DNA from: a virus
DNA: 64,000 bases
IMG/VR virus record: IMGVR_UViG_3300031466_000110
Direction: 5' to 3' (one strand)
The position numbers were made by a program, and so were the translations under genes. Shown in pieces: positions 45,743-54,800 of this stretch; position 1 is the stretch's first letter; the number at the start of each line of letters is the position of its first letter. Below the pieces are notes generated by a model. That model did no database searches and had not been told where the DNA came from. It was given only the letters and a program-made list of their open reading frames with translations.

Positions 45743-47461
45743 TTAAGATTTCTTATTCTGACTGAGCGCGTTTTTCGTACTGAGAGTGTTACCATTCACC
45801 TTGACGTTCTGTACCCGCGTATAATTGACAACTTTCCAAGTACCATTACGGTTCACCAAGTCGACCAAAGCCTCAGTGTCATAAGTGCCTTGCGAAGTCT
45901 CAAAAATCTCACGAACCCGGACGCTGACAAAGACGTTCGTTTTCGTTTCCCACGCCACGATGTAGTTCGTCTTTTGATGGCTATCCTTAATAGCGGTAAC
46001 GTATTCCGAGATCTTCAGCAACGTAGGTTGCGATACCCCGATGTCTACAACGTTGGTAAAGGCGTCGGTGTCAACCTTCGCTTCAAAGACAACTTGCATG
46101 AAGTCCCGAAGGGCATTTTCGACCTTGGTTTTATTCGTCTCAGTGAAAGCCGTATTCGAGAACTGGATCAAATCCGAAATACCACTGACATTCTTTATGA
46201 CCGAAACAGGCTCACCAGTCAAGGTAGAGCTAACCAAATTAACACTCTTTACGCGGATCTTATCATCATTACCGAGTGCCATGCGATAGATAAGCGTCTC
46301 TTCATAAGTCGGCAACGACATATTAGCCCCACGCGCACGAATCTTATACACGCGATTAACTTGAACCACAACAGTATTATCATTACTCCGCTGGAGGGTC
46401 TTGAAATTATACCCGCCAATGCTGAGATAAGTGTAGTTGTGGATATCCTGATAATACTTATCAATATTGGCGAAATTGTCATGCAGAGAATACAAACCGA
46501 CGTAATTGGTTTCCTCAACCGCTTTATGGTAAGAGTTAATGGTTTCATCGATAAAAGGCTTCAAAACCTCTACCCCATAATCCTGCGAGGATTCATAGCT
46601 CTTCAGAAGATCCTCCGCATTATTGACCTTATAATCCTTGAGGTAAAGGGCTTCTACCCCCAGATCTGTGACTTCCCCGAGATTGAACTTGTACGCGAAG
46701 ATATACCGAATGGTCATTTTCGCCCCGCGTTCAAAACGATCCTCCGATACCAAACCACCATAGGTGAGCTTCCCGATACCGGGAATGTCTCGCATGGTTT
46801 GCGTTCGTTTCAACAGAGAAATTCCCTGTTGTTCCTCCATAATACTATCAATACTCCCCCACGTCCGCTCAAACTCCGCTTTTATCGCCTCAGATTGTTC
46901 GGGGAGCATATTCCGTTTACTGTTCAAATACGAGATATAATCAGAATAACGCTGACTCTTCAGATGCTCCTCATCCGGCGCACCGAGCGGAATGCGGCTA
47001 GAAGGAACTACCGCCTTCAAATTCGAAGTCGTTTTATACGTCACATCAACAAAGAAGAAACGTGTCGCCGGGTCAAAACCAACGATATCCGTCGATTCAT
47101 ACTCCCAAGTATATGCAGTACGTGCGAACTCAGTCAAAAGATAATTGGCATACTCTTCAGTCAAATACTTACTCGTTCCATTCATCAAATCCGAGTTGAT
47201 ACGAGAAACAAGTGTATTGATCGCAGAACGGTCTTGATTCGTAACCTCAATGAGATTGTCACGATCCACCATGATCATATCACTGACATACCGATAAATC
47301 AAACCTTCTCGCTCATTCGTTGTCAGCTTTGCCAACCGATTACCCGCGACCTCTTCCAGTGTCAAAGGAGCGATCTCCTTAACACTATTACCCCCTCCAC
47401 ACGCCGACAAAAGCAGGGCTACCGCCAAAGAAACACTCAATACTTTACCAAACTTACGCAT
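45743..47461 (-). CDS. Lipoprotein (probable transfer-machinery component)
   Basis: Lipobox LLLSAC at about residue 21; repeated NTF2/cystatin-like beta-rich segments (weak call). Confidence 0.75.
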   Translation of the reverse strand: MRKFGKVLSVSLAVALLLSACGGGNSVKEIAPLTLEEVAGNRLAKLTTNEREGLIYRYVSDMIMVDRDNLIEVTNQDRSAINTLVSRINSDLMNGTSKYLTEEYANYLLTEFARTAYTWEYESTDIVGFDPATRFFFVDVTYKTTSNLKAVVPSSRIPLGAPDEEHLKSQRYSDYISYLNSKRNMLPEQSEAIKAEFERTWGSIDSIMEEQQGISLLKRTQTMRDIPGIGKLTYGGLVSEDRFERGAKMTIRYIFAYKFNLGEVTDLGVEALYLKDYKVNNAEDLLKSYESSQDYGVEVLKPFIDETINSYHKAVEETNYVGLYSLHDNFANIDKYYQDIHNYTYLSIGGYNFKTLQRSNDNTVVVQVNRVYKIRARGANMSLPTYEETLIYRMALGNDDKIRVKSVNLVSSTLTGEPVSVIKNVSGISDLIQFSNTAFTETNKTKVENALRDFMQVVFEAKVDTDAFTNVVDIGVSQPTLLKISEYVTAIKDSHQKTNYIVAWETKTNVFVSVRVREIFETSQGTYDTEALVDLVNRNGTWKVVNYTRVQNVKVNGNTLSTKNALSQNKKS

Positions 47462-47472
47462 TACGACACCAC

Positions 47473-48615
47473 CTAAATCGTAATTTTATCCCCTCGGAAG
47501 AACAGACGATTCGCCGCAACTTCCGCGTTGATTTGCTCCTTCGTGAAGAACTTCAAAAGGATCACTTTGCTTCGAATATGCTTATTGGTACGCAGAAACT
47601 CACGAATTGTCATCATTGGGTTAAAAACTGCATTATACTCAGACAAGTCCACCTCTCCAGCATGGGTTTTAACCACCATAGGAGAAACGGAAAAAGAAGT
47701 ACCCCCTGTCGACGCTGGGCTGACCTCCTTCTCCACCACCGGAGCGCTTGTAGCAAACGGAGCTTCTGACACAGAAGACTTGTTACCAGATACGAAAGGA
47801 ACCACATTCGATGATTTCTGAACAGGAGTTGGCGAAGGAGTTACTGACTCTACTGGACGAGCCGTGGATTGTGGTGCCGGAACAGAAACATCCTCCTCTT
47901 CGCCCTCGTCGGAGTCAGCAGGAAAGTCCTCCTCTTCCTGATCGAAGTCAGAAAAGTCCTCATTGTCCTCGTCGCCTTCAAAATCGGATAGATCATCTTC
48001 CACATCGTCATCCGGGAAGTCGTCATCTTCCGGGTAGTCATCCTCTTCCGGGTAGTCATCCTCTTCCGGGTAGTCATCCTCTTCCGGGTAGTCATCCTCT
48101 TCCGGGTAGTCATCCTCTTCCGGATAGTCGTCCTCCTCCTCCGGATAGTCTTCCTCTTCTGGGTAGTCGTCCTCTTCCTCATCGAAGTCTGAAAGACCGT
48201 CCTCCTCTTCCTCGTCCGGGTAATCCTCGTCCTCGGCAGGGTAGTCGTCCTCTTCATCAGCAAACTCATCGTCATCCTCTTCCGGATAGTCGTCCTCAGA
48301 GAACTCCTCGTCCTCTTCGTCAGAAAACTCCTCGTCGCCCTCGTCCTCTTCATCAAAAAGTTCCTCGTCGCCCTCGTCGAAGGAGTCGTTCTCTTCCGGG
48401 TAGCCCTCTAATTCATCGGAACCCGCATCATCTTCAGATACCCCCGAATTGGTGCCCGTAGATGAAGTGAAAGGCTGAGTCAACTTCGAATAAGGATAGA
48501 CAGAAGAAAGAGCCGGAGTAGCGGTTGACTCCGGCTCCGCCACAGACTCAGACGCGGGTGCCTTTTTTCCTTGCACCAAAGAAAGAAAAGCTGAGCGCGT
48601 CAATTCATTCGACAT
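47473..48615 (-). CDS. Highly acidic repeat protein
   Basis: Central D/E-rich block with YPEEDD repeats; ATG 48615 after AGGGGGT. Confidence 0.75.
   Translation of the reverse strand: MSNELTRSAFLSLVQGKKAPASESVAEPESTATPALSSVYPYSKLTQPFTSSTGTNSGVSEDDAGSDELEGYPEENDSFDEGDEELFDEEDEGDEEFSDEEDEEFSEDDYPEEDDDEFADEEDDYPAEDEDYPDEEEEDGLSDFDEEEDDYPEEEDYPEEEDDYPEEDDYPEEDDYPEEDDYPEEDDYPEEDDYPEDDDFPDDDVEDDLSDFEGDEDNEDFSDFDQEEEDFPADSDEGEEEDVSVPAPQSTARPVESVTPSPTPVQKSSNVVPFVSGNKSSVSEAPFATSAPVVEKEVSPASTGGTSFSVSPMVVKTHAGEVDLSEYNAVFNPMMTIREFLRTNKHIRSKVILLKFFTKEQINAEVAANRLFFRGDKITI
48013..48120 (-). repeat. 18-bp in-frame tandem repeat encoding YPEEDD
   Basis: Five perfect copies of CGGGTAGTCATCCTCTTC (+ strand) at 48031-48120, with degenerate flanking copies. 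Confidence 0.95.
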
Positions 48616-48637
48616 GGGCAAATACCCCCTTATACGC

Positions 48638-51070
48638 TTAATCGTCCAACAAGTCTAACCCATCACCCTGTAACTCCGCAAGAAGCTCAGAGCGCTCTTG
48701 ATCCGTAAGCCGCACCCGACCCGTCGTTTTCGTAGAAGCCTCATTGACAGGAGCGAAAGAGATATCCGTTTTCGGACGGGCTACCTCCGCACTAGCCATT
48801 TCATTCAACGATGCCTCATAGTACGAACCCTTCAAAGAATCGGGATCGACTTTTGACCAGAACTTGAACAAGAAATCGAAGATCGCCGCCGTTTCATCAT
48901 TGGTTTTCGCCAGCACCGCCGCATGCACGAATTGTGCTTCACCACTCTTAAAGGATACCGCCATATCCCCCGGATGAACAAGACTATGCTCGAATTTGCG
49001 TACCCCCAAGGTGTCTTCAATATGCTCTGCCGAACCGCGAACCGAAATACGGCAAGTAATAAGAGCAGTAATGCTCTTCTTGATGAACTCGTTTTTCACA
49101 AGGTGCGGAATCATAATAATTCTGATCCCTAAAGCTGGCAGACGCGAAACCAGTTCCATGATAAGACCCTGAAACTCATCTTTTGTTTCCTTGTCCATAC
49201 GCTCAGACAGAGAAACAATCTCGTCAATGATGACGTACAGAAGCGGCATCTTTTTGTCTGGGTTTGCCTTATTGTAATCGAAGATGTTCACACAACCCGC
49301 ATCCGCCAAAACCTTCGTTCTCCGCGCACCCTCGACCCGAACAACATGCCGAAGGGTGCGAATGATATCCGCATCATCCGAAACAAACTTACGCACATGC
49401 GGAACCTTGATCTTTTTGAAATCCGAGATCCCTTCTTTCGGGTCGCAAATATAAAAATGCAACTCCGAAGGAGAAAGGAAAGTCATCATTTGCGCCAGCA
49501 TCGACAAGACCAACCAAGTCTTACCGGAACGTGGCATCCCGGTTACCAGCAAAGACTCAATGTTTTTGATATCCCTCCAAATTTCGTTCCCTTTATCATC
49601 TACCCCGAAGACAACCGGGATCATATTGTCTAGATTAAGGATTTCCTTGCTGATATTTTGGTACAAGTCACGAACCGAAACCATCGCAGTTTCGCCCTTC
49701 ATGATCGTAATATTGATGTTATTCCCGACCTGTACCCCGAACCCGTACACCAAGTCATTCAGGCGAGCCGTCGTTTCATCGAAGCTGTAAATATTGGTGA
49801 TCTCTGTCACAAACTGATTGACATTCTTAATCCAAGGAACCCGCTTGACCACCAAACGATAGAAAAACAACCGCTCCTCCGCCTTAATAAGATACGGCAT
49901 TTCCACGTCGGAACCTTTCGGCTTAAGGATATTTGCAGACTGTTGTACCACCGCATCCCAAGCATCAAACTCCGCTCCCGTTATTTCCCGTACTTTATTG
50001 TAATCCCGGCGAATATAAGGGTACATTGACACGATGTTTTCATAAAGATACTGACGAGTTAGCAGTTTATTCCCCTCTTGAACCTGACTCAAAATTTTAT
50101 CCTGATCCGCATCGGAAAGTGGAGAATACCCCGTGCCCCCGAGAGCAGAGAATTCCAACTCTTCGCTGGAACCCCACTCACTCGCAGAGAAAGACGTATC
50201 GAATGACTCCTCTTCTTCGAAGTCATCCTCAAACGGTTCTTCCTCATCACCAAAAGAATCCAATTCCTCGCCCCAACCATCACTTTCAGTACCCCAACCA
50301 TCATCCGACCCACCACCGCCGAAAGGATCGGAGAAGCTATCAGGCTGTGCAAAAGGATCAGCTTGTGCATCTCCAAAAGCATCCGGTTGCGATTCTGGTT
50401 GAAACGCTTCCGGGTTGGCGCTTACCTTCTCGTAACAGGACATAAAGATCATAAGCCCAATACCCCCGGAAGCCAACCCGGAAACGATGAGCGAAAGTCC
50501 AAGAGATTTGGTAGATGCGAAGATAAGGAACAAACAACCCGAAAGAAATGCCACAATACTGATAATGAGCTGAGTCCGACCCATAACCATATAACTCAAG
50601 GTGTTCATCGACTTGAAAGAATTAACAAACTCCGAAGCAAAGGTGAAAAACCCCTTCATAACCCCTTTGGCAGTATCCCACAAAGCATCCTCTATTTTGG
50701 AAGACTGCCCCTGTTGCCCTTGCGGTTGCCCCCAAGCCGATTGTCCCGTGTCAAAAGAACCAAAACCACCCCAAGCAGAGCCACCGCCAAACGGTGTCGA
50801 AGCGCCGCCACCAAACAGATTCGCACCGCCACCGAAGGGATCACTACCCCCTCCTACAGAGCCAGCACCACCAGCGCCGCCACCAAAACCTCCAAAAGAG
50901 GAACCCCAAGCGTCACCGCCACCCATACCTTCACCTCCCGCAAAGGTCGACGCATCGTCGAACCCCCAATCGTCCATTCCTGGCTCGGCGGCAGGAGGAT
51001 TCATTTGCCGTTCCCGCTCAATTCGAGCATTATTCATGTCCTCTTTACTGACCTTGTCCATAATACCCAT
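48638..51070 (-). CDS. FtsK/SpoIIIE-family ATPase (TcpA-like coupling protein candidate)
   Basis: LLVTGMPRSGKT, LYVIIDE, RISVR; two TM helices; Gly/acidic disordered N-terminal regions; no recognisable C-terminal winged-helix gamma domain. Confidence 0.85.
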   Translation of the reverse strand: MGIMDKVSKEDMNNARIERERQMNPPAAEPGMDDWGFDDASTFAGGEGMGGGDAWGSSFGGFGGGAGGAGSVGGGSDPFGGGANLFGGGASTPFGGGSAWGGFGSFDTGQSAWGQPQGQQGQSSKIEDALWDTAKGVMKGFFTFASEFVNSFKSMNTLSYMVMGRTQLIISIVAFLSGCLFLIFASTKSLGLSLIVSGLASGGIGLMIFMSCYEKVSANPEAFQPESQPDAFGDAQADPFAQPDSFSDPFGGGGSDDGWGTESDGWGEELDSFGDEEEPFEDDFEEEESFDTSFSASEWGSSEELEFSALGGTGYSPLSDADQDKILSQVQEGNKLLTRQYLYENIVSMYPYIRRDYNKVREITGAEFDAWDAVVQQSANILKPKGSDVEMPYLIKAEERLFFYRLVVKRVPWIKNVNQFVTEITNIYSFDETTARLNDLVYGFGVQVGNNINITIMKGETAMVSVRDLYQNISKEILNLDNMIPVVFGVDDKGNEIWRDIKNIESLLVTGMPRSGKTWLVLSMLAQMMTFLSPSELHFYICDPKEGISDFKKIKVPHVRKFVSDDADIIRTLRHVVRVEGARRTKVLADAGCVNIFDYNKANPDKKMPLLYVIIDEIVSLSERMDKETKDEFQGLIMELVSRLPALGIRIIMIPHLVKNEFIKKSITALITCRISVRGSAEHIEDTLGVRKFEHSLVHPGDMAVSFKSGEAQFVHAAVLAKTNDETAAIFDFLFKFWSKVDPDSLKGSYYEASLNEMASAEVARPKTDISFAPVNEASTKTTGRVRLTDQERSELLAELQGDGLDLLDD

Positions 51071-51085
51071 TTAGAACCCTCCTTC

Positions 51086-51223
51086 CTAGAGAAACGAGAA
51101 TAGCACAATCAAAACACACAGAACGAAAAAGGTGATATAAAAAGACGTCTTCGTCTCCTCCTTAATCGGAGATGCCACCACATACGACAGTAAAGTGAAC
51201 ATCAAGATGAAGAACAAGACCAT
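51086..51223 (-). CDS. 45-aa two-TM peptide missing from the ORF track
   Basis: GGGAGGGGG RBS; MVLFFILMFTLLSYVVASPIKEETKTSFYITFFVLCVLIVLFSFL*. Confidence 0.7.
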   Translation of the reverse strand: MVLFFILMFTLLSYVVASPIKEETKTSFYITFFVLCVLIVLFSFL

Positions 51224-51226
51224 AAA

Positions 51227-53290
51227 TCAATCCCCCTCCCCCTGTGAAACAGGGTCGTCCTTCGACTTCGGTGTACTTACCCCCGTCTTATACAGTTTGG
51301 AGGATCGAATTTCTGGTGGATTCATGATCTTCACCACACTATACTTACTCCGGTCAAGACCCGCAAGGAATGCAAAAGTCAAAGGATCTTCCGCAGAATC
51401 GTCCTCCGTACCATAATCCTCCGCATCGTCAGGTTTCTTTGCTTTAGCGATAGCGTCCAAGTCATCAAGCATATGTTCAATAGAAAGACGCCTACTCAAC
51501 TCCGCCCGAACATTTCGGTCAGAAATAGCTCCAATGAGGAATGAAGTAATGTTCCCCAAGATAGCGAAACGATCAGCTTTAAGCAAATCCGCCACGTTGT
51601 TGGTGATAATAAAGTTAATATCCCCCAACTTACGACCACCTGTTACAGCAACCCCGATAGTCTTGTCAGAGCCGGGGAAATTACCCCAACGTTGAAATTC
51701 CTCCCAGACTTTGAAGTTGTAAAGCCCTTGCATATAGGAGAACAACGAACGTTGGTGAGAGATTTGCGCCGCCCCCAACTGCATAAGCGCCAACTGCACC
51801 GGGTCAACCGATTGTTCTGACTTACCCGCCATCCCGAACGAACAAACAACCAGACGGGCATCGATAATGTCTGAAATATTTACTCGCTCCCGGAACAAGG
51901 AACGCCGAAGTCCGAGAGGGGAAAAATATCGATCTAAAACCGCGATAGCTTGCTCCAAAGCGTCCAAGTATTCATCATTATTCCGATACTCACTCTCTTG
52001 AAGCTGATAGAACTTACGATAGACATCAAACAAAGTAAGCCCCTTAGACTTATACCAAGTCGACTTGTCATCCGTTACCCCTGCATCAGCATAGGTCTGA
52101 GACACCGCATCGTTAATAGCGATATCCAACCAACCATTGTTATCCGGCAAACCTGAAAGTAACGTCCTAAAGTACGCCAATGTAAAATTGGTAGCGAACG
52201 TTTTCGCCGCATCATCAATCTCCGGCAAACCAACAGGCTCTGGAATTTCCAATGGATCGATATAACGTCCGGTACCTTCCGCCATGTTAATTGTCAAAAC
52301 CTTATAGTCGTTACTGAGGAAATTGGCGATAGGTGCATACTCCAGACCTTCGACGTCCATAATCGTTCCGTTTACCCCGTGCGCGATAAGCTGAAGCAGA
52401 ATATCCTTTACAAAGTTCGACTTACCGCCACCCGTTTCCGCTGTAATAAGCCAAACCTCAGCCGCGTCATCCCGCGCTTTGAAACGCTTCAATACCGGGT
52501 ATAACGAATAAACGTCCGAACCAACATACACCCCCAGCGCTCCGAGCGTTCCCTGATCGTAGGTGTTGAAACGGGAAGCAACCTCGTCCGTAATAACCAA
52601 CTCGGGAATAATCGCCATAGACTCCTTCGTAAACATCCGTTTGTACGGGCTGAAATGCCCAATAACATCCGGGATATCATAAAGGACACGCTCCATGTTC
52701 AAACCCAAGTCCGAGGTCACCTTTTCAATACTCCGAACACTGATATCAAGGTCTTCCCCACGATCTCCCAACACCATCATAAGCATAGAAAGACGAAAAA
52801 GGGATCGCCCTCTCCGCACACTCGCCAAGGAAAGATAAGAGAGGGAATCCCGTATCCAAGCTTGCTTGTCCATCGTACCAATAATGCTATGCAGGTTAAA
52901 AGCATTGACTTCCTTATTCTGCCGCTCCTCATCAACCCGAGAAAGGACACGCAAACGGTTCTTCATCTCCGTAGAATTCCAGTTGATCATGTGGGGCTTA
53001 AAAGTAGTGATAAAATTCACCCGTACCCCCTGTCGACAACAGCTACGAATGATTTCCTTAAAGTCCGCAAGCAAATGACGGGGAAAAGACTTAAGAACGT
53101 AGTAATACACCATTTTCTCCCCATCATAAGACGCGACGAAGTCCACCCCGACTTTGTCCGGAACGTGAGGTAACTCACGCCCGAACGCCGAGTTGTTCTT
53201 CGTCTTCGCGGCAAAATACATATCGTCATAGAGGGAGATTGTCTCCCTCCAATACTTCCTGAAACCACCTTTACCCCAAAGCCCCAACAT
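51227..53290 (-). CDS. VirB4-like (ConE/TcpF-type) T4SS ATPase
   Basis: LITAETGGGKSN, IMDVEG.EY, VWEEF, GGRKLG. Confidence 0.82.
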   Translation of the reverse strand: MLGLWGKGGFRKYWRETISLYDDMYFAAKTKNNSAFGRELPHVPDKVGVDFVASYDGEKMVYYYVLKSFPRHLLADFKEIIRSCCRQGVRVNFITTFKPHMINWNSTEMKNRLRVLSRVDEERQNKEVNAFNLHSIIGTMDKQAWIRDSLSYLSLASVRRGRSLFRLSMLMMVLGDRGEDLDISVRSIEKVTSDLGLNMERVLYDIPDVIGHFSPYKRMFTKESMAIIPELVITDEVASRFNTYDQGTLGALGVYVGSDVYSLYPVLKRFKARDDAAEVWLITAETGGGKSNFVKDILLQLIAHGVNGTIMDVEGLEYAPIANFLSNDYKVLTINMAEGTGRYIDPLEIPEPVGLPEIDDAAKTFATNFTLAYFRTLLSGLPDNNGWLDIAINDAVSQTYADAGVTDDKSTWYKSKGLTLFDVYRKFYQLQESEYRNNDEYLDALEQAIAVLDRYFSPLGLRRSLFRERVNISDIIDARLVVCSFGMAGKSEQSVDPVQLALMQLGAAQISHQRSLFSYMQGLYNFKVWEEFQRWGNFPGSDKTIGVAVTGGRKLGDINFIITNNVADLLKADRFAILGNITSFLIGAISDRNVRAELSRRLSIEHMLDDLDAIAKAKKPDDAEDYGTEDDSAEDPLTFAFLAGLDRSKYSVVKIMNPPEIRSSKLYKTGVSTPKSKDDPVSQGEGD

Positions 53291-53293
53291 GTG

Positions 53294-54787
53294 TTAATCA
53301 CTCCCGAAAATATGACTTCTAATCAACTCAAACATATTTCGATGCTTATTCATAAACGCATTGACTCGTTCCGCTTCCGATGCAGGTTCTCCTCCGGGAC
53401 GATACCACTCATTGACGTGCATGACCTTAATTACCCCACTCTTCGCAGTCAAAGAGCGAATGTAATGCGTCTCGGGAATAGACGAATCCGGGATGCCCTG
53501 ACCGCGAGTTACCCCAAAACGCGTCATACGGGAACCTTTCAAGAGCTGATCCCCCATCAAATAGTCTACAACAATATACAGATTCACGTTGGGCTGTTGG
53601 AAGAACAAGTCGAGAACGCGCTTATAAGGCTCATAAGTGATATAATAGTCAGACTCCTTCAGCACACTTTCAATCGTTGCTACCCCCGAACTGGAGAGAA
53701 GCGGAAGATGCTTGTACCGCTCCGTATACTTTTTAAGTTGCGGGTAGACAAAGAGAAGTTTACTGTTGACCCGCTTAGTTGCTTCGTATTTCAACCAACG
53801 CTGGAACATAATCATGAAAGTGTTGAGGTAGTTGATAGGTGAAAAGACCTCAACATACATGACATGCGGGGTCGTAACCGGAATCATAACCGTAGGAAAG
53901 AGGAAAGTGGTGCTAGTGACGTTCTTCTGTTGCTCCAACCGAAGCTGTTTCTCCATTTCCTCCTTAGCTTCCTTCTCCAACCGAAGCTTCAGTTCCAGTT
54001 CACGAAGTCTAGCCTCATATTCCCTGAGTTTCTCTTCACTAGGAGCCAGCTTATCATGTGCCTCCTGCAACTGCCCCTTGACCTCGGCAAGTTCTTTATC
54101 CTTCTCCGAGAGCTGAGTTTCATATTCCTTGATGGTTTGCGAAAGCTCCAAGTGACTGGACTGCAAAGAGGAAATCTCCTCCCCATAATGGGAGTCGAGC
54201 TTTTGCACCTCTTCCTGTGCTTCAAGCAGGGTATTGTAAACCTGCTTGTACTGATCCTTTAACCTATCGAGCATGACCTTAGCTTCACTTAAAGCATGAA
54301 CAACCCGCTGATTGGAGTTTGAAGCTACAGTCAAGGCTTCAGTGATGTTATCGAGAGCCAAGTTAACCTTGCGGGCGATCAGCTCATTCCGTTTAGAGGA
54401 ATCGTTACCCCCAACCGTGGAGATAAACTTGCGAAGTACCGAAATGTCCTCCGTAAAGTTGTTCAAGGGGATACCGTAGTTCCCATAGTCTGCGATAAGT
54501 TCGTCCAACAAAGACTTGTCATAAAGAGCGTCCTCATAGTCATGAAAATCCGCAGAAAGTGCTGAAAAGATAACCAAAAGCAAGGGTTCAAAGACCTTGT
54601 TGATATACAGAATCTTCAAACCCTTACCTTTAAGCCCACTCAAATACATCGCTATGTTAACGTCCGAATCAACAGACGAGTGATATACCAAACAATCGAT
54701 AGACTCGATATCCTCTGGCAGTTCTGTCAGAGATTTAACACAGTTTACCCCCTCAAGGGTTACCGTCGCACTGACGAGATGCACCAT
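53294..54787 (-). CDS. Coiled-coil protein
   Basis: Long heptad region in the middle; RBS AAGGGTGG. Confidence 0.7.
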   Translation of the reverse strand: MVHLVSATVTLEGVNCVKSLTELPEDIESIDCLVYHSSVDSDVNIAMYLSGLKGKGLKILYINKVFEPLLLVIFSALSADFHDYEDALYDKSLLDELIADYGNYGIPLNNFTEDISVLRKFISTVGGNDSSKRNELIARKVNLALDNITEALTVASNSNQRVVHALSEAKVMLDRLKDQYKQVYNTLLEAQEEVQKLDSHYGEEISSLQSSHLELSQTIKEYETQLSEKDKELAEVKGQLQEAHDKLAPSEEKLREYEARLRELELKLRLEKEAKEEMEKQLRLEQQKNVTSTTFLFPTVMIPVTTPHVMYVEVFSPINYLNTFMIMFQRWLKYEATKRVNSKLLFVYPQLKKYTERYKHLPLLSSSGVATIESVLKESDYYITYEPYKRVLDLFFQQPNVNLYIVVDYLMGDQLLKGSRMTRFGVTRGQGIPDSSIPETHYIRSLTAKSGVIKVMHVNEWYRPGGEPASEAERVNAFMNKHRNMFELIRSHIFGSD

Positions 54788-54800
54788 TTTATCGCCACCC

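Noticed and set aside
48013-48160. Tandem repeat considered as a CRISPR array or iteron origin
   Set aside because: No spacers; in-frame 18-bp coding repeat; no cas genes.
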